NCBI GenBank assembly: GCA_043228905.1
Contig: JBHGNT010000014.1
Span: forward strand, 6,448,001 to 6,512,000
Direction of reading: 5' to 3'
Length of the DNA stretch: 64,000 nucleotides
Source of the DNA: Azolla caroliniana
Taxonomy: Eukaryota > Plantae > Polypodiophyta
The notes beneath the pieces were generated by a model. That model saw nothing but the letters and a program-made list of their open reading frames with translations, was not told where the DNA came from and did not search any database. A program made the position numbers and the translations under genes. Below are positions 53,566-64,000 of the stretch, piece by piece. Position 1 is the stretch's first letter. Each line of letters opens with the position of its first letter.

Positions 53566-53885
53566 ATAAGTTTGTATGTGTATATAAGAAAATAAAAACA
53601 AATAAAACTTGGTGTTATAATTGTCAGTTAAATGATAAAATGCTAACTAGGTATTAAACACAAAATTGGACAACTACATTTAATCACACATGGATGAATT
53701 AATCACCCTTCACTTGTAGAAGATAAACAAAAAAAATTTCATAAATATAAAAAACGGAAGTGAAATGAAGAATACCCAAGTTCTTGAGTTGCTTGTTCTT
53801 GGTTTAAGAAAAAGCATGTTGTTAATAGCTCTAAGATTAAGGAAATCATAAAAAAAACAAGGCAACTCAAGAAAACATTAATCAT

Positions 53886-54830
53886 GCTTTGATACCAACT
53901 ATTAGAATCTTGATTAATGTTAAGCAAAACAAAAGAGAAAAATAAGGAAGAAAGGGCGTAAATCCATCCGACCACACCCACTGAAGGTGAGAGATGGATC
54001 CAAGTCCCCTACCGGTGTTCCATACTCCCACGCACAAACATACATAAAACCTTGGATTTGCAGAAGGAGGAGGCACATGTGTATGAAGCTAGAGCTTTCC
54101 CACAATATTAGAATCTCTATCTCAAAACAATAAAGAAAAGAGATACCCCATCATGACGGTAGCTAGCCTTCTTATATAGGTTCAGACGTTAGACCCTAAG
54201 CTTGTGTGTGTTACATACTTGGTTGCTTTTTTTTATAAAAGGTAGCCAAGTGATGAACCACTCCATAGTTATCTACCATCGTAGGATTCAAATAACTCAA
54301 TACTCACCCTTCATCCTTATAAATTAGCCCACAACTACGATTACGATTATGCTGATAATATACTCATCCTCTCTAAAAGATTGCACTCTTGCAATGAAAA
54401 ATCAAGGAAGTTTGTCTTAAGAGCATCTTCTCGCTCCCAAGTAGCATCTTCAATAGAACCATCCATCCATTTAATTTCAAACTCTCGTTGAATATGCATA
54501 GAACATTAAAGTTTAGTTTTTTATTGAAGAATTCTTACTGGCTTATGAGGTTTGGATGACAAATCCTCCAGAGTAACTACATTTTTAATGGAAACTGCGT
54601 TATCGTAAAACCCAAGAGCTCTTTGAGATAACTTACAAGAAAGACAAGATGGACTTTGCTACCAAATGGAAGGTAGAGGTGATAGGTAGATGAACCAATA
54701 TGCTAGAGGACTCAGAAAAGTCCACAAAAGCGTGGGGCTAAATTAGCACACTTGGTTGTAGATAATATCGTAGAATCATGAGGCACACATAGACACACTC
54801 TTTGTCTAGGGAGAAAAGCATATTGGTGAT
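53886..54830 (-). mobile_element. Chromovirus (Gypsy) remnant: integrase tail plus chromodomain, PPT, LTR 54360-53900, followed by a PBS
   Basis: Minus-strand LAPRFCG and IKWMDGSIEDATWEREDAL; PPT agagaggatgag 54375-54361; TGGTATCAAAGC 53897-53886. Confidence 0.75.
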
Positions 54831-54844
54831 GCTGGCTATGGTCT

Positions 54845-56916
54845 TAGTTCATCAAAGACCACATCTCGTGAGACCCTTACTTCCTTTGTTATAGGATTAT
54901 AACACTTATATCCTTTTTGCTCCATCGAATAGCCAATGAAAAAGGTTTTTTTCTTACCTTGGTTCCATTTTTGTTTTTACTTCTTGAGTGATGTGAACAA
55001 AACAAACACATCCAAAAACTTTGAGGTGTGTAAGATTAGGTTTTTTCCTGAAATATACCTCCTCTAGTGTCAAGTTATGTATTCCTAATGTTATGCATCT
55101 ATTCATCAAGTAAACGGTGGTTGTGGTAGCTTCAGCCCAATAGTGTAATGGTAACTTCATTTCGTTCAACATGCATCTTGCAACTTCAGCAATTTGCCTA
55201 TTTTTCCTCTCAGCTATGCCATTTTGTTGAGGCATATATCGACAAGTAAATTTTCTTTTAATTCCATTTCTTTGTAGAAAATCTGAAAACTCATTGGAGA
55301 AGTACTCCCCTCCACCATCAGATCTTAAGATTTTGATATGCCTTCCTGTTTCTTTTTCAACTTCATTTTTGAATCTCTTGAATATAGAAAACACGTCAGA
55401 TTTTTGCTTCATACAAAACAACCATAACTTTCTTGAATGATCATCAATGAAACAAAAAATCTATTACCAGCCATTGATGACTCTTGGGTAGGTTCCCATA
55501 CATCCGTATGTATCAAATCGAAGACATTTGGGGCCACATAATTACTCCTCTTGAATGGTTTCCTTGTTTGTTTACCTAATTGAAAAGCTTCACACAATTC
55601 ATGTAATCCAATACTATTAAATTTTGGAAGACCTCTTACCACGTCATGTTTGCTCACTAGCATAATGTCCTACTTTACCACAATGATAACATGTTATACC
55701 TTTGTGAGAGTTGTCGAAACCTCGACCTCTTCCTCTAAATTTTCCTCGGCCTCTCCCTTGTGTGCTGTCATTTGATCCATCCTTGTTTTCCTCCAAATTA
55801 ATTTGATTATAGTTAAGTATTTTGACCTCTTCCTTTTCCTCTTGAGCCTCCTCTTGAAATCCTTCCTTTACCTTGACATGCATACAACACCTGGTTGTAG
55901 CTATCCTTCCCTTTGAAAGCACCAAAGCTAAGCTCTTTTGTGACAAGATGAGGGATTAGCTGATCAAACTTTGGATATTCATCTTTCAAATTCATGGAAG
56001 TTATGAAAGGCTTCCATATTCTATCTTCTCTCAATCCATTGAGAGTACAACACACAATATCTTCATCTTCAACTCTTGTGCCAATAGAAGCTAAAGCATC
56101 CCGTATCTCCTTGATCTTCAATGTATATTCATTTATAGATTGACTCAAACTTTTCTTCATTGTGTTCAACTCATTTTTTAGTTGAAGTTTCCTAGCTTTT
56201 GTATCTGTTGAATACATCCTTTCAAGAGTTTCCCATGCATCCTTAGCAATTTTTAGATGTTGAATATGCCTTACCATGGAATTAGTAATTACTTGTTAAA
56301 TGAGGAACATGACTTTCCTATTCCTCTATTCCCATTCTTTTCCTTGTCTCCTTTGGGCTTCGGTGGTTGTAGCTTGATCGATTTTAGGTTGAGCATCCTC
56401 TCCACTCACCATACCACACAAGCCTTTGCCCATTAGGTAATTGATCATTCTAAACTTCCATATAGGGTAGTTATCTTTATCCAATTTCTCTACTTGTTGA
56501 CCCAACTCAGCCATTCAAAATATATCAAAGATAATGAGGGTTACCTCTAATAATTGTGTAGTCCTCTACTCTTGTTTCGTGAATATCCCCCTTTCTTTTT
56601 AGTTCTTTTTGTTTTTCTTCAACTCGAGGATTGTTGATGAATCTTTTACACTACCCAAGCTCTGATACAAACTGTGGAGAATTTGTCCTCCTATTCATAG
56701 TAAGAAGCGTATAGTGAACCGTTGGATGTTCAATACTTGGACAAACACTTGTCACTCTCTGATTGATAACTCAGATAATATGAAGAACTTGAGGCTGATA
56801 TTTTATACACAGAAACTACACAGAAAGGGATTACCAACAAGTGCTTAAACATAAGAAATGGCTATATATTCATCAAGATATGAATCTTACAAAATAGCTA
56901 CTACAAAAGGAAACAT
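54845..56916 (-). mobile_element. Truncated Ty1/copia (part of 5' LTR, PBS variant, gag, INT)
   Basis: TTGTATCAGAGC at 56670-56659; gag EKLDKDNYPIWKF...; LRSDGGGEYF and PQQNGIAERKNR; LTR split by a solo LTR at 56917. Confidence 0.85.
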
Positions 56917-57980
56917 TGTCGTAGTGTAATTCGCACACTACGTGAAAAACTATATTTTTGGTCTCTCCGGATAGGACATGGAGTACTCGGTGAGAACGGG
57001 AAGGAGGAACCGGTAAGGACCGAAACCGGTAAGGAGACCCGGCAAGAGCCGGATGAAGAAGGCCGGTGAGAGTCGGTGAGAAACGGACGAAGAGGACCGG
57101 TAAGGAGGACCCGGTAAGGATAACTGGATGGAATCAGATGAAAGAGGAATCGGCAAGGAGGACTCGGTAAGGATAACCGGATGGAATCAGATGAAAGAGG
57201 AATCAGCAAGGAGGAACCGGTAAGGAGGACCCGGTAAGGAGGACCCGATGGAATTAGATGAAGGAGGAATCGGCAAGGAAGACCCGGGGAGAACTGGATG
57301 AAGAAGGCCGGTGAGAGTCTCTCATCGGATGAAGAGACATATTTGTAAATAGAAGAAAGTATAAAAATATATATTACATCCATAGGGAAAGATTCAAACC
57401 TTGTACCTCCATGTTAATAATGTTAAGCCTTACCACTATACTAGCATATTATGAATTGTAAAGTTATACTAAACTTTATCCCATGCAAATATTCTAGATA
57501 TGCATGGTGCAAAAAGTTATTCATGCATACACACTCGAGTTAAAAGAAAAGATGGGATAGAAAGCTAATCATGCGCATGCAGTGTGCATGAAAACGAAAG
57601 CTAGAAAAAGCATGTTAGATAAAGCATATAGTCTATAGTTAGAGAAAAAGGCATGGATTGTGAAGACTCTCTCATCATTATATAAGGATGGGGAGCACAA
57701 TGTAATGGTGTGTGAAAAATATTTGGAAATTGATATATTTCCTAAAACACCAATTAATATAATTTATTCATGGGATTCACAAATTTGCGATCAAAATTGT
57801 CTCTTACTATCTAAATATTGATGAAATACACTAAACTCGTGGGATTCACGAGATTCATAACTTACCTATCTTTCTACCTATTCATAACTAGCCTTATATT
57901 GTATTCTTCTTTCTCCTAGTCCAAAACCTCGGTGGTTTCCACCCGACTCACGCAACGATCCGGCGCCGAAAAGCACGACA
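56917..57980 (+). mobile_element. Solo LTR of the family at 21708-22583, 4-bp TSD ACAT/ACGT
   Basis: Reverse-complement homology to 21708-22583; ends TGTCGT...ACGACA; purine-rich tandem repeats at ~57000-57330. Confidence 0.88.
57380..57445 (-). other. Decayed tRNA-like segment inside the solo LTR
   Basis: TAGTATAGTGG (A-box) ... GGTTTGAATC (B-box with CpG decay). Confidence 0.6.
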
Positions 57981-58249
57981 ACGTGAGTTGAGAGAAACAA
58001 TGTATCAAAAAACAATCTATAGAATTTTCAGATTAGATATGACACCCACGGGTATTCCTCTTGCTCTCCTCTTTTCTGTGTGTATAGAACATGTTTTATA
58101 CCTATTTTTATACCTTATGTTTTTTGCTAGCTACTTACAACTTGACTCACCTATTAGACTCCACTTTTGTAGCCACATATATTTGCCTATTATATGCTAT
58201 TCACTAGAGTCTTTAGATAAATGTTCACCATACATCTTTATAAACATAA

Positions 58250-58456
58250 ACAACCATAACTCATGTCAATTTGAGCTTGTACATTTATCTTCAACAAGAC
58301 TCGATTTATGACATTCTTGTTCTGAAACATGATGCCTATCTTCTCTGAGAGTTCGTGAGCCTTCTTCTCCTCATTGAAGTTGTTGTACAGGGTCATGTGG
58401 ATGAAGCACCGGATGTAGGCTGTTGGCTTCATGTGCATTACCTCCCAAGTCGGAAA
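58250..58456 (-). mobile_element. Copia gag fragment
   Basis: AYIRCFI...EEKKAHELSEKIGIMFQNKNVINRV resembles copia gag. Confidence 0.55.
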
Positions 58457-61400
58457 TGTTAATCCTAGGCTGGACAAGCCACTAACATAGGGTGTCCTTC
58501 CGGAACACTTCACCAAAGGGGTGGTACCGTAAGGGATGGAAGGACCGTAACGCAGAGTCGTCCCTCTTCCGATTGTTATCCGGATCAATTAGTTACGCAT
58601 GTAGAATAAACATTATTAAGCACAGAACGGAAATAACAGGGTAGACAAGATATGAAAATAACAACACTTCTCTATTCATTATCCGTCTCTGATTACATCA
58701 TATCCAGATCCTTTTATAGGTATCTGGTTGTGTTACAAACTGGTGCCAATCGCCAACCGGCTATGAACCGGTCCGGATCCGGATCGGCATACCGATTCCG
58801 GGTCCATCCGTTCGATCTTATAATTATAATAATAATTCTTATTACAACTCCCTTTATCCCAAAACCGGCTCCCCTTTCATACTTTAGCCTAACCGGCCAA
58901 AACATGGCACACTCGTGGGACAATACCTTGTACGTCGAACCCATAGGTTAACCTCTTCACTCATTTTCTAGAATATCTAGAATACTCTAGTCTAGGGGTA
59001 CCAATGGTTCATTGGGTAGTTGCTCCATCTGCTTCTACTGCTCCTGCTCTGTTTGTTGTTGCTACAATTGTTGCTCTCCGGCCTGCTCCTCCTCTCCCAC
59101 TTCATACGCTCTTGGCTCTACGGGTCTCGGCCCCTCCGGCTCTGGCTCTTCCGTCCTTGGCTTCGCTTGTTGCTCCCGTTCTGCTTCCGCTGGCTCTTCC
59201 AGTCTAGCTATTTCCGGCTGCTCCCCTCGGGCTTCGTCTGGCTGGCCTCCGCCAGTTCCAGCTACATTCGGTGGCTGCTCCAGAGATTGCTCTCCGTCAC
59301 TTATGTTGATTGCCACTGTCATTTGCGATGCCACCTACCGTCTATAGTCCCGTTGGTACTGCTCAAATTGGAGTTGAGTGGCAAGCTGGTCATCATCCAA
59401 CGGTTCTACCAGTCGCCTTAGAGCTGCCTTAGAGCCGCCAATTGTTCCCCTGCCAAGGACAAGAAATCGTCCGACAACTCCTCCCGAATGGTTACAATGC
59501 TCTCCGCATCCATCTTGTAGAAGTTGTCACCGTCCTTTCTCCAGTTTTCCACATCCGCTCGCCGCGTCTGTAATTCCGCCACCTGTTGTGCCCATTTTGA
59601 CCACCATTGCACTGAGCTTTCACCAATCATACTCTTTGTCCTTTCTTTCCATGCTAACACAATGGCACGGATCCGGCTGAGCCCCATCTTGGATTGGTCC
59701 TCCGCAGCCTACTTTTCCTCCTTTAACTTCTTTATCAGGCCCGCGATTGCCTGTGCTTGCACCTCATATTCCAGCAATTGGGTTTGATATGTTGTCTGAA
59801 CCCTATTCAGAGCCAATTTTACTCGTTCCATCTCGTCATAGTGTTGTCCGGTAAGCACAGTCCTTTCTCTTGCCGCTTTGCCAACTCAACCGCCTTCATT
59901 CGTTCTTCCGACAACGTGTCCGTTTTCTTGGTTACTTCATTTCAGAGTTCTCTTATCTTCTCCTGTTGCCAGTCACATTCCGCCATCTACTTCTTGTGCT
60001 CTACTTCGAAGTGTTTGTGATCCCGGTGCAATCTTTCAAAGTCCTCAGTTTTCTAATTTAACCTCTGCTTGATTTGGCTTCTTGCTCGGTCTTCTTTGCC
60101 TTTCTGTTGTCGGAGTTCTTCTTTCAGTCGTTCAATCTCTCTTTCTGCCATCCGGCACAACTTGTCTTTTTATTGCAACAATTTGTCTTTTTCTTCTTTT
60201 AACCGGTTGTTCGCTGCCTGAGTCTTTTCGAGGTTTTCTTCTATTTTTCGCTTCTCTTCCTCCACTATCTTCTTTTGCTCCCTGTCTCTGGCCCTCAAGG
60301 CCCCCATGGGCAGCCAATTCCTCCCTTAGGTTGGAGAGTTCTTGTTTGCGCACATTACTTGTGTCTAGCGTTGTAGGAGCTATTGGCAAGTTATTTATCT
60401 ATTCAATCACCAGTGCCACCGGTTTTGGTCTTGTTAGACCCGGATTGACCTATCTGGCCATGTTTGCTTTGGCCTTCTCAACTTCTTTCTCCATGCTCCG
60501 GATCCTCGACTGGCCTTTCTCGAGTTCTTTGGTTGTGGCGAGCAACCGGTCCCCTTCTGCTCTCTCTTTGGCTTCAAGCTGGCATACCACCCCGACCACC
60601 TACTCCCCGATCCAACACAACCATTGACCGTTGGTGCCTTGTTGTGGTGTCGGCTCTAGTCTCGCCTCAAGCCCATGGTGCATTGTTCTCTCTAGTAACA
60701 ACTCCTTTTCTTGTTGTGCCTGTCGACCCGGTGTGGTAGGTAGTTCTATCACCAGTTTTGAAAGCACCGGTACCACTGCTTTTGGCCGAACAGGCCCAGT
60801 CTCTTGCCTTGGCTCTCGTCCCTCGGAGCGGGGAGTCGGTGTGATGTCCTCAACTAGACCCAATTCGTCCCCTTGTTGGTCTGCGTCGCTTCTCTTTTGA
60901 TGACGTAGGAAATCATCGGCGGGTTCATCCTCCGCCTCCTCCTCTTGGGTTCCGATGTTAATTCATTGAGCCAAGGTGGGCGGCTCTCGCTCTGCCGGCA
61001 CAGTTTGATTTTAAGAGGCTTTACCGGTGGTTCTACTGGTGCCTCGGTCTCCGCCTGCTGCTTTAGACTAGGTTGTTCTTTTCCCTTCTGTGACGATCCT
61101 CCCTCTGTCCAACCGGGAGTGTGCTTGGTGAGGAGTTGTTGCTGCTTTGAAGGCTTGTTTGGAGTTGCATCCGCCGATCAGCCCCACTTCTTTGCCTTTA
61201 TTATCGGCACTCGTGGTGCGAGGAGGGTGAGCCATTGGGCCACCGTTGTCCATACTTTCTTGCCATCCACTACGGATTGGATAACCACTCGTAGAGAATC
61301 GGCGATGATTACTAGACAATCCACTTTCACCCCTTCGTATGTTGCGATGATGAACCCAGCTCTGTTCTTAGGCATTGCCGAGGGCCAGGGGTGCACGAAC

Positions 61401-64000
61401 CCATACTCGTGGAGCACACGAGCTACTTCTCGGAACAAGGCGTCATCACCACCCTGTGTCCGGTACGCTTTGCTGGCCAGGGAGTACTCTCCGAAGAACT
61501 TCATCAATGACTCTGGGGAAGGATTCTTGATAGAGTAGAGCCCTCCCTCCGGCAAATCGATTAAGGCATGGATAGCCTCCTCTGTTATCTCCTCCAGGTT
61601 GATCTTCTTTGCGACCTTTTCCGGTTTGTCGTGGGGAGGTGCTTCAGCTATGGAGAAAACCCTCCAATCCATGTTGTGTAAACCATTTCTTGGCAGTCTC
61701 AGAGAGCGCCACAGGCTTCAGTGTGTCGTCTGCTTCGGTGATGGTGGTAAGCTTTGGTGTGCCTGTGGTAGCTTCTTGCATTCGCCTAATCACCTATATC
61801 CACCTTTGTGTGCTAAGTGCTCTGTGTTCGCGAAATGAGAGAGTCTCTGTAAAGCGGGCGTTTTGTGTTCCCATCTTTGCCGCCTTTTCTTGATTCCCGC
61901 GCATGCACATCGTGTACTATTATAGAAGTTGTACGCCGCGTGGTGTGCTTTAATGGCTTGACGTCACACCGTTTCGTGGTGTCCGTTCATTTACTACCAC
62001 TCCTCGCCCTTGCATGATGGCTTTATTTATTTTTTCTTTTTTTGATGACACGTATTATTCCTTTTCTATCATATCTGGTAACACCGGATTTGTGGTAGGT
62101 TCCTCTTGGGTGCCGGGTATCCGAATACCGCTTCTGGTTCCTGCTCCGTCCTCTGGTTGTTTGAACGGTTTCCACAGCCTTGGTCTATAATACGGTTTCA
62201 GTTGGAAACCGTTTACCCACTTCTCCAAAATTTTGCTGGCCAACGTTCCTAGTTGATACTACCCTTTGAACTCACGCGTTATCCAGTACGGTTTGGTCCA
62301 GTGGAACCGTAACTTTCCCGACATCTTGCCCATCTGGGTCTAAAATACCAGAACCGGCTTGCCGATTCTGAACATTTTCTTATTTCCCTTCCGGTGCCGG
62401 TCGACGAACACTTTCCATCGTCGTTGCTCGAGCTCTAACTATAGCACACTAGCTATCCGGTGCTCCTCTAGTTCACACAATGTCGCTAGCCGGATTTTTT
62501 CGGATTCCTTCTCACTTAACCTTTCCCTGACTTGAATTCGCGAACTTGGAATTTGAAACTCCATCGGCATTACCGCTTCCAATCTGAAAGCCAACAAGAA
62601 CGGTGTTGTCCGGATACTCATCTTGTAAGCAGTTCGGTAGGCCCATAGTGCATTGTGCAGCTTCGTGTCCCAGTCGGTCCGGTTTTCATTGACTATTTTT
62701 CGGAGAATGTTCTGCAAGGACTTGTTGGTGGATTTGGCCAATCTGTTGGCCTGCATATAATATGGTGTACTCTGTTTGTGCATCATCACATAAAATGATG
62801 TTAAGGTCTCCACCACTTGGCCGAGGAAGTGCCCACCTTGATCACTGATTAGTTCGATTGGACATCCGTATCGGCACCAGATGTACTCGTATAGGAACTT
62901 GGCCATTGAGGCGGCAGTGTTGTCCCGGAGTGCCTTTGCTTCAACCCACTTTGTGCAGTAGGTTGCCACAATAATGTACCGGTTTCCGGTTCTCATTGCC
63001 AAAGGCTTGAAGGGTCCGACGAAGTCCAATTCCCATTTTTGAAACTAACACCGGCATCCTCGCTTGCTTTGTCAGTTGGCCCATTCGTTGACATAAGTCA
63101 CATTCCTTTGCATATCGCATTGAGTCCATCAGTGTTGTAGGCCACCATAATCCGCTTTGCCATATCTTTCTTGTTGTTGCGTCTCCAGCATAGTGTCCTC
63201 CGGCAACTCCACAGTGAGCTTCTCGTAATATTGTGTCCTTTTCGTCACTCTGGACCGCTCTTCACCATATACCATCCGCTACCATGTGGTACAACGTATC
63301 CCGCAATAAACAAAAGTGTTAGCTTTGTACCGCCAACCGTTTCCGCTCGTCTCGGTTTAACTCTTCCGAAGGCAGTCCAGTGCTGAGGAAGTGATGCATG
63401 TTCGTCAACCATTTGTCCTCTTCGGTGATCGTCCCGTCCACCGCGTTTTCCGCTATCACTCTAAACTGTTGCGCATCTGGTAGTTCGTCGCGGACTCCGT
63501 CGCCTGCCTCTCCGGATTCTAACCGGCTCAAGTAATACGCTACTGCATGTTGTACTCCCAATCTGTGGTAGATTTCAAATTCGAACTCCTGTAGAAGCAG
63601 CGTCCATCGTGCTAGTTTGCCAGTTAATGATGATTTAGAGACCAAGTAAAACAATGCCAAATGATCCACATGGAATGAGAATTTCCGTCCCAACAAGTAA
63701 TGATGGTACTTCGTTACACTTTATACCATTCCCAAGGCTTCCCTTTCTGTTGTCGAGTAATTCCGTTCCGCCTGGGAGAGCTTCCGACTGGCGTAGTAAA
63801 CTGGTACCACTTCGGTTCGGTGAGCTGCATAAGAACATTGCCAATCGCAATATCAGATGCGTCCACAAACACATGAAATTCCTTCGACCAATTTGGGGGT
63901 TGTACCAGTGGTGCCTACGACAACATTACTTTGAGCACATGGTATGCCTTATCCTCCAGTTCCGTCCTTTCGAAGGGTGTCCGGTGTACGACTACATGTA
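58457..64000 (-). mobile_element. Ty3/gypsy element (5' part outside the window): RNase H-integrase, extra ORF region, PPT, 3' LTR 58846-58457
   Basis: LARWTLLLQEFEFEI, TKWVEAKAL, ISDQGGHF, ALWAYRTAYK and VNGFQLKPY motifs; PPT gggataaagggagt before TGTAA at 58846; LTR ends TTAACA. Confidence 0.9.
59010..61790 (-). pseudogene. Extra ORF downstream of integrase (globular N-part, coiled-coil, acidic/Pro tail), disrupted
   Basis: ORF pieces 61178-61672, 60600-60863, 60132-60389, 59418-59687 and 59062-59334 in the same sense as pol; homologous peptide at ~47720-47970. Confidence 0.7.

Noticed and set aside
53900-54360. Non-canonical TA...TA LTR termini (also TA at 30950 and 23863)
   Set aside because: Most simply explained by C>T decay of TG/CA in methylated old elements; the 23863 LTR's partner still begins with TG

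Overview
Eukaryotic land-plant nuclear DNA (possibly a non-seed plant; this is an inference) made mostly of nested LTR retrotransposons. There are two host genes. One is a CIA2/AE7 (MIP18 family) Fe-S assembly gene on the minus strand (exons at 6103-3875, last exon not found in the window) whose first intron is a U12 AT-AC intron. The other is an intact two-exon CYP71-clan cytochrome P450 (50028-51678) whose I-helix acid-alcohol pair is replaced (AGSHA). Mobile elements include four Ty1/copia copies with both LTRs and 5-bp TSDs, several copia remnants and chromovirus remnants. There is also a Gypsy family with a conserved extra ORF after integrase, and a tRNA-Trp-primed Gypsy lineage (full element, gag-only derivative, solo LTR) with 4-bp NCGT target duplications; the LTR family shared by the gag-only copy and the solo LTR carries a decayed tRNA-like cassette. 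There is no evidence for CRISPR, rRNA or intact tRNA genes. All alignments were made by eye.
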